Below are positions 1-12,689 of a stretch of 64,000 bases of DNA, piece after piece. The notes under the pieces were generated by a model. It saw nothing but the letters and a program-made list of their open reading frames with translations, had not been told where the DNA came from and searched no databases. Numbering within the stretch: position 1 is the stretch's first letter; every line of letters begins with the position of its first letter. The stretch is from positions 44,020,001-44,084,000 of the forward strand of contig NC_090339.1 of NCBI RefSeq assembly GCF_035084215.1, given 5' to 3'. The translations under genes were made by a program, and so were the position numbers. This stretch comes from Heptranchias perlo. Taxonomy: Eukaryota.

Positions 1-906
1 TATCTCCCTGATGTGTTTAAACATCTCAGTATTACAATGAAAGTTACTTATGGGACTGTACTAAACAAACTAACCAAGAGCACCATAAACTAGCACTTTT
101 TCTTCAGGGATTAATTGATATATTTAAAATAAGTATCATTCCTCAACATGATTATTTGCAATAATTTCCCTCCCCTTGCTATATTTCTATATTCATGACT
201 TTTTTGAGTGCACATGAAGGCTCTGTGCAACCTTGAATAACCTGAAAATGCGTATTATTTAAATGGTCAATCGGTTCTAGTCATGAAGAAGATGAATAAT
301 GAGATTGATAGACTAGAATTGGTATAGATAGAGAAGATATTTGTCAAATCAATTAGATTTAAAGAATAATTTACCTCAAGCCAATAAAATAGTTTTGGCA
401 TACTTGGCAATTAGCCACTCCTGGAGGATAGGGGTTAGGGGAACTGGGAACTCAGTCACTTTAGATAGAACGTATATGTCTTTTAGAGAATCCTTTGGTT
501 AAAATAGAAGAGTAATTATCTTCACATACTTGGGGTAGCCATCATGAACGTAGCCTGAACCTTTTAAGAGGAGAACCAATCATCTTACGAAAACCTTGGG
601 CAAAAAGGTAGTAGGTAGGATAATAGCCATTTTTATATCCTCTCTAACTCAATCAGTACTGAAGAGGCTGCAGTCGAAAAGCTTGTGCAACAAAAATGGA
701 GATATGACCTGACATAAAGGAGAGCTACCTATATAAGTTACACTTGCTAAAGATCAGATCTGGTCTTGAGGCGAATCATACTGAGGCTACAACTCATATG
801 AATCTCATAGGAAGAAAATTATAGTCAACAGCAACTTGCAAGGGTACTGATTAGGCAAAATGATATGGTCCAGAAATGAACAGAAAATGGAAAGTGGATA
901 ATATGC

Positions 907-1447
907 TCAAAACAGAGAGGGGTGGATTACTCATCAGTCAAATTGCTGAAATTGTAGGATGACTGCACACCAATGGAAATGTGATGAAGTAATCTTCTAA
1001 CAGTGTAATTCTGATCTACACAGCACTGGAGTACTGAGTTAGTCTAATCATGTAGATAGCAAAGCAATTGAGATGATATATTACCAATAAAAAAAACTGA
1101 ATATTCTTCTGATTAATAGTCTCCACCCAAAGTTTAACCTTTTCTTTGTCTTTCAGATGTTAATGGCTGCTGTGTATTTGGTGCATTTTCTGTTTTTTTG
1201 ACATGTTCATGCCAGCTTAATTGCAATGCATGCATTCTCTTGTTTTGTTCTGAGAGAAAAATATAGATTGTATGAAAAAATTTAAGTAAAAATGTGAACC
1301 AAAAAATGACCATTCTATCAAAACAGAGAGGGGTGGATTACTCATCAGTCAAATTGCTGAAATTGTAGGATGACTGCACACCAATAGAAATGCGATGAAG
1401 TAATCTTATAACAGTGTAATTCTGATCTACACCGCACTGAAGTACTG
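907..1447 (+). repeat. Dispersed direct duplication of 130 bp (907-1036 and 1318-1447)
   Basis: TCAAAACAGAGAGGGGTGGATTACTCATC...GTACTG occurs twice with only a few substitutions. Confidence 0.9.
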
Positions 1448-1837
1448 TGAGGGAATCACTGTGAGGGAATGTCACAATCCTGTTTGACATCTCTTGCTCC
1501 TAAACTCAGTAGAAATCAAAGACACGGAGACCAGTGGACTGCAGTCCATTCCAGAGTTCACCTCCTAGAGTGTCAAAGAGATATTATGGGCTTGATATTA
1601 GCAGGGCGGCGGGTTCTCAGCAGGGGGTCGACTGGGCGTGTGGGTAACGCACCCGGTGAAATCAGTGTGCTCCGCACGCAATTACAGGCTAATTGGAGCC
1701 ACTTAACTGTGCTTACGGGTTTCCCGCTGGTAAACTGCGCGGCAGGCGGACTGCGCATGCACAGTATGGTCTGTCAGCTGGAGGAGCTCTATTTAAAGGG
1801 GCAGTCTGATGCTGCAAGAAATAGGAAAAATTACAGC

Positions 1838-2083
1838 ATGGAGCAGCCCAGGGGGAAGGCTGCTCCCAGGTTTATTGATGCATCACTCCAGGTATCATTG
1901 GATGGGGTGAGGAGGAGGGGGTGGACAGAGATCTTCCCCCCGGCGGGCGGTAGGAAGCGGCCTGCCTCTGCCACCAAGAAGGCCTGGCTCGAGGGGGCAG
2001 AGGAGGTCACCTGCACCACCAACATATCGTGCACCTGCATACAGTGCAGGAGGTGCTTCTATGATCTAAGTAGGTCAGCCGAA
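1838..2083 (+). pseudogene. Harbinger Myb/SANT-like DNA-binding protein, exon 1 (downstream exons deleted)
   Basis: MEQPRGKAAPRFIDASLQV...KKAWLEGAEEV...CIQCRRCFYDL followed by GTGAGT donor. TATTTAAAGGG lies upstream. The pattern matches the Myb_DNA-bind_5 / NAIF1-MSANTD type. Confidence 0.8.
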
Positions 2084-2612
2084 GTGAGTACACTTACTCA
2101 TTCCCCTACACTCCGTCTGCCACATCACCGCCCCCACCCCACATCTCCTTCTGCACTGCCAACACTATTCTATCACATCACCCCTCACACCCACTCAAAG
2201 CTCATCCTCATCTTACCTGCACTTACTCACCTTGCCAGTACTCATCCCGCCACTACCACTCAACCCAATCCTCATACAATCTCATGGCTCGATCTCATAC
2301 TCACCCTCTGAAGCATCTCTTTCATGGTCAGCCTCACTCAACCTGCTACTACCTGTGCTGAAGCCACAGGGCATGCATTATATATGTGCAGTAGGCAGCG
2401 TAAGGCAAACATGTCGTGAGCATGAAGGGGATGCACAAGGGTGTTTGAGGGTTTGTCATGGTTTTTACTTATATTTAATTTCTGACCAACTCACATTACA
2501 TATTATATTGTCACCACTACTGCCACGTCTTTGCGAATCTTGTCTGGTTTGCGCAATAATGCCCTTTCCTGAGGATCACTATGAAGACCCACAACTGATG
2601 CTACCCATTGTG

Positions 2613-3089
2613 TCACTCCAGAGTGGGTGTAGGTGTATTTGCAGGGCTCTTTTGTGCAGATGACTGAGAGACGTCGGTGATGTCCCCGGTGGCACCCTGG
2701 AAGGATGCGGAGGAGAAGTTGTTGAGGGCAGTGGTGACTTTGACAGCGACAGGTAAGAAGATAGTGCTCGGGCCAGCCGGGAGCAGCTCGGCATGAAGGA
2801 GGCTGCAGATGTCCACGACTACATGTCGAGTGACTCTGAGCCTCCGTGTGCACTGCTGCTCAGAGAGGTCCAGGAAGCTGATCCTCGGTCTGTGGACCCT
2901 GTGGCGAGGGTAGTGCCCTCTGCGACGCATCTCTCTCTGCGGTTGCCCTCCCTCCTGCTATGCCGGTGGATGTGTCACAGCACTGTGTTGTGGAGTTCCA
3001 CGTGTCAGAGGTGGATGGCGTGGCCGGCGAGGCTGGTGAAGCTGTTCTCCCTCCGAGGAGATCATGACTGCAGCTACGGCGGCCCCCAT
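2613..3089 (-). pseudogene. Truncated Harbinger (HARBI1-like) transposase, N-terminus and HTH only
   Basis: MGAAVAAV... with one in-frame stop, then HRPRISFLDLSEQQCTRRLRVTRHVVVDICSLL...LPVAVKVTTALNNFSSASFQGATGDITDVSQSSAQK. The DDE domain is absent. Confidence 0.8.
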
Positions 3090-3648
3090 CTGGAAGATGT
3101 ACATTTGAGGGGTCCGCAAGGTAGGTAAATGTGTCTGGACACCGGGGGTAAGTGTGCAATTGGTGAATTTTATTCTTAGGAGGAGGGTGGTGGAGGCCAA
3201 ATATTGTCCAAAGTGACAGAGTGGCTTCCTGCAATGAGTGAGGGTCTCCCCTCCACCCCCAACTGTCAAATGGACCTTTGCAGCTGCCACAGGCTGATGG
3301 CTGCAACGCATCCATTTGAACTGGGAGTGTTTCCCCCAGTACAGGAAACAGTCTCAGTTCATTGCAAAATCCCATCCCTCCTAAAATATCAGGTCAATCA
3401 GGTCTGTAAACAATCTGAAGTACCTGTTTAAGTATTTTAAGTGGCACCCTGTCGGCTTTAATTGCCGGCGGAAGTCCCACATGCGGGGGCTGCGCTCGCA
3501 TGTCAGCGCGTCACTGGGGAACCCGGAAATGGGCGGGTCAGAGCCGGGCTCCAGACCCGCCCCGGGAATCCCGGATTTTCGCAGCCCCCCCGCCACGAAC
3601 GCACCCGATCGCGAGTGCGAAAATAGAGCCCCATGACTCTAGCAACCA

Positions 3649-3686
3649 ATTTGGTGGCAAATAGAAATGTCTATTTGCCACCAAAT
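3649..3686. repeat. Perfect 17-bp hairpin with 4-nt loop
   Basis: ATTTGGTGGCAAATAGA-AATG-TCTATTTGCCACCAAAT. Confidence 0.9.
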
Positions 3687-5029
3687 CACCATTCTTTGTG
3701 TGATTTGATGGCAATTAAATTGGAATGCTCGGGAGCGTGGCCTTTATTTTTTCTCAGCTAGGTGGAGTAACAAAAGTATGCAAAAGGGAGATATTCCTCA
3801 CAATCTGACTCTGGGAGTTACTGCAGGTACAGAAAGAGGTGGCAAAATTGCACTGGGTTACTAACATCATAGTCAATCCTGGTTCAGTAAATGATAGTGA
3901 ACTCTGTGTATGGACTTCTTCATAGAAGGAAAAGGGTTTCAGGCCTGACACTGCAAGAGAGTTCTGCAGGCAGCAGAAAACCAACCAGATTTTGTTAAGA
4001 AGCATTATTTAGTTGAGAATATGCAATTGTTACTTGATGTAATGACAAAAGTCAAGAAACTGGAGTGATTGACTGCAGCCATCAAGATATATCACAGAAA
4101 ATAATTTGAGAGTGAAAAGGGCAAAAAGTATATGAAACTTTATTGTTGTAGGCAGATTTTTTTTTAATGTTGAGATGAATCTGCAGCAGTTCTTGTGTTC
4201 CAGCATAAAAATGGCAATACTGATTAAGCTCTAGTAACTATTATGCTGTTGCTAGAGTCATGATATCTTTTTGATACTCTAGGGGGTGAACTCTGGAATG
4301 GACTGCAGTCCACTGGTCTCTGTGCCTTTGATTTCTACTGAGTTTAGGAGCAAGAGATGTCAAACAGGACTGTGACATTCCCTCACAGTGATTCCCTCAC
4401 AGTGATTCCCTTACAGTGATTCCCTCACAGAGTGATTCCCTCCTAGAGTAATTGTTGGTTTTGTAGAACAATGAAGTTACTGATTGTAACAAGTCGAGCC
4501 AATGTTTCTTGAGGGGTCATACTTTTCTACCAGCTTTTCCAGCCATCTTTGCCGTTTGTTTGGACTGAAGCTAGATCAGAAATGGTTACCATGCTGAAGA
4601 ACTGAATGCTTCTAACTGCACAGTATGGGCAACCATTATAAAGTAATGGTGGCTAGACAACATCATGATCGATCATTCACGAGTTGATCTCCTCACTGTT
4701 TAGTTCTCTCTATATCTGCATGCAGTGATTCAAATCTAAATTTGTCTTAGTTCAGTGTTAATGGGGTGCTGAAGGTTTATAGAAAGTATTGTACCCATAT
4801 TTCAACTGATATTTGAATCAAATAATAGCCATTGTGTAAAGGATTGTGCCCAGCCCTTAACTACATGGGCCTCAGTAGTGTAGCCATTAGGTCATAAATT
4901 TTCATTAAAGAACTTGCCAAAAAATTCTAAGAATGCTTACTTCAAGATTTTCTTTTTAAATTAAAGAAATTGGACACCTCAAAGTAAGTTACAAGGATGT
5001 AATTTAATTATGGGTTCGGATGGCATCAG

Positions 5030-6010
5030 AAACCATAGAACCATAAAAGTTTACAGTGCAAAATTGGCCATTTGGCCCATTGTTTCTTTGCTAGAGCAAT
5101 TTCGCTGCACTTTGTCTCCCTATTCTTCAGCTGAAGACCATCTCTTGTCTTGAAACCATGAAAATAGAACTGAAAAGGTTTAAGAATGGTTAATCCCACT
5201 ACAGTGTGGTCTCCTTCCTCTGCATTCTAAAAAACATTCCTCACTTTTACCACATTCATTACCTTTATTCCGGTCTATCTTGGGATAGTTAAAATCACTC
5301 AATATTATAACTCTTAAAGAGATATCAAATAAATATGTGTGTCAGTTTTTACAAATGATAGTCGAAGTGAAAATATATAGGTGTAGTAGAGGAGGATATG
5401 GAACAATTGTTTGAACTAATGCAGAAAAAAAATAATAAGAAAAATTAGCAGAACTCAAGGTGAGTAAGTCAGAGCCCCTGAGGGCATGTGCCTTAAGCTG
5501 CTCTATCTTCCCCTCTTTCAGGTATTTATTTCCAATTCTCTCTTAAAAGATGCAATGTTGTCAGCCTCTTCCTGTATCAAAGCATTTCATGTTCCAATAA
5601 TCTTTAGAGTAAAGAAATATCTCTTAACCTCTCTCCTCATAATCTTAGAGACAGTTTTAAATTGATGATCCCTCATTACTGACACCCAAACTGATGATGT
5701 AGTTTCTTTTTCTCAGCCTATCAAAGCCCTTCATAATTTTAAACACCTATTAAATCTATCCTTAGCCTTCTCTGCTCTGGTGCACATAGTCCCAGTATCT
5801 CAACTCTGTTCAGAATTATAGTTTCTTATTGTTGGCATCATCCTAGTGAATCTACATTATACACTATGACCCTAATGTTCTTTCCGTAATTGGGTGCCCA
5901 AAAATGAACACAGTACTTTTTTACGCTTGTACTCGATGACCCTAAATTATAAAGCCAAAATTGCTGTTCACCTTTTTATAGCTTTATCTACCTGCACATG
6001 CACTGTCACA
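5030..6010 (-). mobile_element. Old decayed CR1-type LINE 3' fragments
   Basis: CATAGAAC-like tail at ~5034 and degenerate similarity of 5510-6010 to the CR1 3' regions elsewhere in the window. Confidence 0.55.
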
Positions 6011-6869
6011 TTTTCTGACATTCTCTGCTGTAATTGGACTCTCTCGGTATCGTGCAGTGCCCACTGCTCACAGGAGGTTTCAGGTGAGCTGATGAACCCT
6101 GCATAATTGTATTCCATGATCACTTGGGCATGTACTGAATATCAGAATGTGGGCAGTCAGTATGAGTCACCCTCCATGGTGATCTTATCCACCCTGGGCC
6201 TGTGCAGGGCTAATTCACTTCAGCAGATGTCAGTGTTTTGTACAAATTTGAGTATGTAATTTAGAAATGTTTCCTTGACAATGTATCATTAAGCAAATGG
6301 TTAGACCCAGGAGTCTGAAAGATGAAGTTTGTGAACAGAGTTTGAGCTGCTGCATATAAGTTGTTTTAAACATTAATAAAGTTGTTCTTTTTTCATTCAG
6401 TCTTGGAGTTCAATGAATCCTAATACCTGTTCAAACTCAGAATTTTACATCCTGAGCATCTATCAAAGTACACACATATTGAATTAGATTGTTTTATATA
6501 TAGATGCTATAAACTAAGAGTTAAATTGAAGCGCTTGCAATTTTTATGGTGATCTATTGGTATATTAATCTTCTGCTATGAATACAGAGCTGCTGCTAAG
6601 AAAGTCACATGACCAGGTCATGGTCCACTAAGTCTATTTTTTGCAAGCAATATGACAAAGATGAACCACATGAGGGAACAAGATTTGATTAATCAAACTG
6701 TGTCTTTGTACAAAGACAAACTGATTTTTTTTTTCAGCGTGGCTAGTATAGTCGCTACACGTATCACTTATAAAGGGCCAACCAAGAGCATGATTCATTA
6801 TACAATTAGCTTCCTGGATATGTTGTCCCATTGATCATTCGACTGTTCACGGCACATGAACACCCACAC

Positions 6870-7003
6870 ATTTTTTAACATTTGCTCTTGGGATATGGGA
6901 GATGCTGGCAAAGCCACATTTATTGCCTATCCCTAGCCACCCTGAGAAGGTGGTGGTGGGCCTTCTCCTTGAAATGCTACAGTCCTTGTGGTGATGGTGC
7001 TCT
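6870..7003 (-). mobile_element. Short 3' tail fragment of the LINE family at 31077-34945
   Basis: GGGATATGGGAGATGCTGGCAAAGCCACATTTATTGCCTATCCCT... resembles 8580-8700 and 31095-31210. Confidence 0.7.
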
Positions 7004-7541
7004 CATCGAGCAGAACAATACCTGCAGCTTTACGTTTTATAGGAGTATTGCAACCAGAATGAAAATAGCTGTTTTTTACCATGTGAGATCTGTACACATC
7101 AGTGTCCCTTTTTTTTAGGTCAATCAGAAGAGTTGGCCACTAGTTCCAGACAACCTGATGGTGAAAACCCTGGTGATAATGCACCATCACTTGCCCTTAC
7201 CCTGCCAAGCATCTAGTGAACCACGGAGCATGTGGTCACCTCAATGGCCATTACAACTGAACCCCCTCCCCCCACAGGAATCTATGACGCTAATGAATGG
7301 ATAGGGGCTTCACTTGGATCACTGATCACCTACAATCTACTCTCCCACAGATTAGTAGGAGTGCTAATTGGCTGCCTGGTGGCAGGCACAATCGTATACT
7401 TGGAGTGGAACATGATGCCATCTCTCATGATGACCAAACTTCTGAATGCTTGCAAGCTCTAAACTAGCGCAAATATTACTGTCCAAATGCTCAATATATT
7501 CATATGGAATTCCTCAGTGTATTATTTTAACAGAGACATGG

Positions 7542-7661
7542 AGGGTGACATTCAACATTCAACTTGAAGTCAATGGATAGGAAAATCGGGTGGGGTGTAT
7601 AATGAGCGGCCGATCTGCTACCACCTGTTTTGCACCCCCACCGAAATTAAATTTCAGCCCC
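7542..7661. mobile_element. Short MITE-like repeat (related copy ~18630-18733)
   Basis: Shared core TCAATGGA.AGGAAAATCGGG...GGTGTATAATG and GGG/CCC termini. Confidence 0.45.
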
Positions 7662-8564
7662 ATTAACCAGTTAATTTTAAGCATAGTGAACAGAGGAATT
7701 TCATACAAAACATTCATACAGAAATATTTGTCATTTTTGTGCAAGTGATGTTTCCTTAAACTCCCTGTCACGTTTCGGGATCTTTTGACCATTTTTTCTC
7801 AGAAAGTATTTGGAAGTGAGTTACATTTGAGTAGTGTGTTTTTAATCACGCAGGGATAAAATTCTTTTTGCAGCCATCTGCTGCAGACGCTAAGACAAAA
7901 GATTTGTCTGTTGTTTGTTTGTTATTGGGCCATGTATTGAAGATGTGAACTGAAGCGAGATGGACAGTTTGTGAATATCACAGCTCACAGTCTACTTCAA
8001 ACTGAGATAGTGACTCACTGGCCTGCATTTTTCTGTCAATTGTTATCTGCTTTGGTGCAGATTTGGGGGACAAAACTGAATCAAATAGACTTCAAAAGCC
8101 CCAGCACTACAATCTTCCTGCCAAAAATTTGTTAGACCCTCTTAAGGACCTCTGGGAGCTTATCCTGCTGCATTTCAATGGAATCAAATGAGCTCGGCTA
8201 TCCCCTTCGATCCATTTTCCCCAAATTCTGCCTGTAACCCACCCTAATTAGTAAATGAGGGCCCCAGAGGCTTAGTGGTGGGCTCATATTGGTGGCCAGT
8301 ATTCCTGCTCTGCTGCTAACCTGCCAAAAGTAGGAGAATCTAGTCCATTCAGTCAGGATGGTTCCCATTTATTTTGAGAACCACACCCCAAGGAGAGGCG
8401 AGGTGGCAGGTTTTATTGACAGGCCTACTGACTTATCACTGAATGGGGAAGAAGGCAGGGAGAAACATCCTTCCCACTTGCTGGGAACACAGAGAAAAAT
8501 AACTAAGGGCAGTCAGTCAACCTGCTAGGACTGAGAAGGGAGCCTGGCCTAATGAGGGGAAATT

Positions 8565-9163
8565 TTTTTAAAATTCATTCATGGGATGTGGGCATCGCTG
8601 GCATGGCCAGCATTTATTGCCCATCCCTAATTGACCTTGAGAAGATGGTGGTGAGCCCCCTTCTTGAACCGCTGCAGTCCGTGTGGTGAAGGTTCTCCCA
8701 CAGTGCTGTTAGGAAGGGAGTTCCAGGATTTTGACCCAGCGACGATGAAGGAACGGCGATATATTTCCAAGTTGAGATGGTGTGTGACTTGGAGGGGAAC
8801 GTGCAGGTGGTGTTGTTCCCATGTGCCTGCTGCTCTTGTCCTTCTAGGTGGTAGAGGTCGAGGGTTTGGGAGGTGCTGTCGAAGAAGCCTTGGCGAGTTG
8901 CTGCAGTGCATCCTGTGTATGGTGCACACTGTAACCACAGTGCACCGTTGGTCAAGGGACCGAATATTTAGGATGGTGGATGGGGTGCCAATCAAGCAGG
9001 CTGCTTTGTCCTGGATGGTGTCGAGCTTCTTGGGTGTTGTTGGAGCTGCACTCATCCAGGCAAGTGGAGAGTATTCCATCACACTCCTGACTTGTGCCTT
9101 GTAGATGGCGGAAAGGCTTTGGGGAGTCAGGAGGTGAGTCACTCGCCGCAGAATACCCAGCCT
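8565..9163 (-). mobile_element. 5'-truncated copy of the CR1/L2-group LINE (RT C-terminus and 3' tail)
   Basis: ORF 8627-9142 (YKAQVRSVMEYSPLAW...SWNSLP) is nearly identical to 31080-31680. Confidence 0.9.
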
Positions 9164-9811
9164 TTGTTCATTTCAAGGCCACAGCTGGTCAGAACCAAAA
9201 GGCTAGCCACAAAGTATAAGTAACCCTACTAATGTGGCATATTTTCATTATAGCACGACGGTATGAATTGTGAAAGCCACGTAGGAATCGTTAACTGGCT
9301 TTATTTTACAGACCACTGGTGAAGCTACAATGTAACAGGTATAATCAAACCTCGCCTTAATCCAAATAACTCCAGATCCTTTGTCAATCTTCCTGCCAAA
9401 CAATCACTGGACCTATTTATGGCTCACAGCTTAACAATTCCTACCTGGCCTTAACAATTCATACCATGGCGCTACAGATTACCCAGTTGCAAACCAAACA
9501 ATTTTAGAAACTTCATCCAGTCGAGTCAGCCTGCTCAGGGGAGAACACTAGAAAAATATTCAGGCATTTTCAAAAACACAGCTGTTCTATCATATTTATT
9601 TCAGATAAAATAGTTTAATAAATCATTTATTTCTTGAAATTATTTTTATAAGAATGATAATTGCTCCTTTATTTAGAAGAAATGGCCTGCAGAACATTGA
9701 ACCATAGTTGCCATTAGTGATTTCTTTCCCTGTTGTGCTGTGACTCTGCATGAAAAAATGAAATTGATAAACGATGACTACATTTTTTGGTCCAACTGGC
9801 ATATCCTCAAC

Positions 9812-9945
9812 AAAAGCAAAATACTGCAGATGCTGGAAATCTGAAATAAAAATAGAAAATGCTGGAAATACTCAGTAGGTCAGGCAGCATCTGTGGAGAG
9901 AGAAACAGAGTAAACATTTCAGGTCCATGACCTCTCGTCAGTATC
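9812..9945 (-). mobile_element. Penelope pLTR-derived repeat with minimal hammerhead-like core
   Basis: Minus strand reads CTGACGA-GAGGTC-ATG-GACCT-GAAA-TGTT followed by CTCTGTTTCTCTCTCCACAGATGCTGCCTGACCT... A related fragment lies at ~32557-32620. Confidence 0.6.
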
Positions 9946-10301
9946 TCCTCAACCTGCGGGACTAAATGGATGATCGACTGTACTCGACAAACCTTGTATA
10001 ATAATCAGTCGCTTCCTCAGACCCAAAAGCAGAGTAGTTCTTCCCAGGACATGATCAGAATTTCCTTTATTGAGTTGTCCATGCTGTTACTCTTTCTTGA
10101 ACACCTGACTGAATTTAAAAAAACTCTTCCAGTTAGGGGAAAATTCTGTTCAATAGTTGGTTGGAAATTAGATGAATCTGGTGAAATTATTAGAGTTATG
10201 GCAGTTAAAATAATTAGCCAATCTGCTTCAGATTCAATTGATCAGCTTCTGGCCAATCAACACTAAGAAAATACAGAATTTGTGTTTATATAACACCTTT
10301 T

Positions 10302-12040
10302 CGAGTCAATTTTCGGATGGCCGAGCGGGTGCGTTCGTGGTGGGGGAAGGGTTCCTAAAATTGGGGAATCCCGGAGCGGGTCCGGAGCCCGGCTCCAACC
10401 CGCCCACTTCCGGGTTCCCCAATGACGCAAATCGGTGCGCGCACAGCCCCCGCAATTAAAGCCGGTGGGATGACAGTTTAGATAGTTAGGGAGGTACTTA
10501 AGGTCGTTGGCAGACCTCATTGGGAAGAGATTTTAGCAGGGATGTGATTTTGGACTCTCCTCAGCGTGTTTCCCATGCTGTGGGAAACACTCCCTGTTGT
10601 TGCAGATGTGTTTCAGTCAGCAGCCATTGGGAGATGCAGAGGATTCCTTGACAGTTGGAGGGAATACCTCATTCATTGCAGAAGGGCAATCTGCCACCTC
10701 AGACAAAGTTTTGCCTGCCACACCATTGTCTCCACACTCAAAATTATTACATTAAACTCTGCTCTCCAAACATATTTACCTACTTTGCAGAGCCCCTCAC
10801 AATCACACTGTCAGGATGGGGGTGGGGGTGGGGGGTTCCATAGCTGCATTCATCACTCCATTGGAGGGCGAGCAACATCACCAGCCTTGCCGGCATGCCG
10901 TCCACCTTCGCCACGTGCGACTACACAACACAGTGCTGTGCAACAGGCACTTGCACAAAGTAGTCGTGCAACTGCACATGCACCCACTGTAGGGTGACCC
11001 AATGGATTTCATCAAGGGTGTTCATGGAGAACCTCATGAAAGGGCATTATTGCACAAGCCAGTCAAGAATGGCCAAGACTTGGCAGTGGAGGTGACAGTA
11101 TAATATGTAATGTGAGTTGATCAGAAATCAAATATAAGTAAAAACCATGACAAACCGTCAAACACCTTGTGCATCCCCTTCATGCTCACGACACGTTTGC
11201 CTTATGCTTACCACTACACATACGTGATGCATACCCTGTGGCTGCAGCACAGGTAGTGGCAGGTGGGGTGAGGCCGACCGTGAAAGAGATGCATGAGAGG
11301 TTGAGTATGAGACAGAGCCATGAGATTGTAAGAGGATTGGGTTGAGTGGTAGTGGTGGGATGAGTACTGGGGAGGTGAGGAGTGCAGGTAAGATGAGGAT
11401 GAGGGTTCAGTGGATGTGAGTAGTGATGTGATAGAGTAGTGTTGGCAGTGCAGAAGGAAATGTGGGGTGGGAGCGGTGATGTGGTAGATGAAGTGTAGGG
11501 GAATGAGTAAGAGTACTCACTTCAGCTGACTTGGTTCGGTCATTGAAGCGCCTCCTGCACTGTATGCAGGTGCGTGATATGTTGGTGATGCTGGTGACCT
11601 CCTCTGCCACCTCGAGCCAGGCCTTCATAGTGGCAGAGGCAGGCCACTTCCTCCAGTCCGCTGGGTGAAAGATCTCCCTCCTCCTCCTCCTCCTCCTCCT
11701 CCTTCTCCTCACCCCATCCAGTAAGACCTGGAGTGAGGCATCATTAAACCTGGGAGCAGCCTTCCCCATGGGCTGCTTCATGCTGTAATTTTGCCTATTT
11801 TCTGCAGCATCAGTCAGTGGAGGACTGCGCCTTTAATTGGGCTCCTCCAGCTGACAGCGTATGATGCGGGTGCGCAGTCTGCCCACTGCACAGCTTTCCA
11901 GTGCGAAACCTGGAAGCCAAGGTAAGTGGCTTCAATTTATTTACGATCGCATGGGGAACCCACCAATTTTACTGGGCGAGTTACCCATGCGCCCAGTCGA
12001 CCCCCCGCTGGTAACCTGGCTCCCTCCTAATATCGGGCCC
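10302..12040 (-). mobile_element. Non-autonomous Harbinger element, copy B
   Basis: Termini CGAGTCAATTTT / AATATCGGGCCC, TSD TTT. Myb exon 1 (MKQPMGKAAPRFNDASLQVLLDGV...) at 11781-11521 with GTGAGT donor. Colinear with copies A and C. Confidence 0.85.
11675..11710. repeat. (CTC)n microsatellite expanding the poly-Arg tract in Myb exon 1
   Basis: The ORF reads RRRRRRRRRRR here versus RRR/RRRR in the other copies. Confidence 0.85.
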
Positions 12041-12689
12041 TTTATGTTTTCAAGGCATCCCAAAATGCTTTACAGACAATTAATTACTTTGATGAGTCAA
12101 TTCTGTTGTTATGTAGCTAATTTGCACACAGCAAGGTAAATAACCAGATAATCTATTTTGGTAGCATTGGACAAGGGATGAATGTTGACCAAGACACCAG
12201 AAGAACCATCTGCTCTTCTTCAAATATTGCTATGAGATCTTTTACATTCACCTGAACAGGAATGTTAGCCTAGATTATGTGCTCAAATCTATCATAATGT
12301 CTGAACTATTTTTAATGCTCTTCATGATGAGCATCAATATGTAATATGTGTTTTGGCATTTTGGTTTTGCTAAGCTCATGTTATCACAAGTAAATGAGAC
12401 ATAGGAGTGATTCCATATTCATGTGACCGTATCATAAATGAAACTATTCTCTTATTCACTACTGCTGTAAATTGTTAGTACCACACTTAGAGCAACTTTC
12501 CTTTTCATACAATAGCCAATAAAGAATTTGAAAAGATATTTTAATTTTCGTATCTTTTATGTTGGGTTACAAGCTGAATCTTAATGTTTCCTCCATTTCT
12601 CACCGATGAAGGAATTACTATTAAAGGGGAACAATGAGACTGATTTCTAGTGTTAGAGAGATGAGCAATGAAGATTGAGTAGATAATTT

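Larger units (their letters stand above)
1588..3631 (+). mobile_element. Non-autonomous PIF/Harbinger DNA transposon, copy A
   Basis: Imperfect TIRs GGGCTTGATATT / AAAATAGAGCCC, 3-bp TSD TAT/CAT, Myb/SANT-like exon on +, Harbinger transposase N-terminal fragment on -. Confidence 0.85.
1445..4445. repeat. Long inverted repeat pair (left arm 1445-1587 + 3632-3646, right arm ~4247-4405) ending in a 14-bp ATTCCCTCACAGTG tandem array
   Basis: 4247-4405 is the reverse complement of the sequence flanking both sides of the 1588-3631 insertion. There are about 5 tandem units at 4377-4445 and 2 inverted units at 1446-1470. Confidence 0.85.
10265..12290 (-). mobile_element. SacSINE1-like DeuSINE split by Harbinger copy B (10265-10301 + 12041-~12290)
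   Basis: The two halves join into a sequence similar to the SINE at 35730-36188. Confidence 0.7.

Noticed and set aside
1469-2311. 280-aa ORF as a stand-alone gene
   Set aside because: It reads through flank, TIR, Myb exon 1 and intron 1. Only 1838-2083 is credible coding sequence.
4377-4470. Repeated CACAGTG suggesting V(D)J recombination signal heptamers or a CRISPR-like array
   Set aside because: No ACAAAAACC nonamer at 12/23-bp spacing, no adjacent V/J segment and no unique spacers. It is a simple 14-bp tandem repeat.
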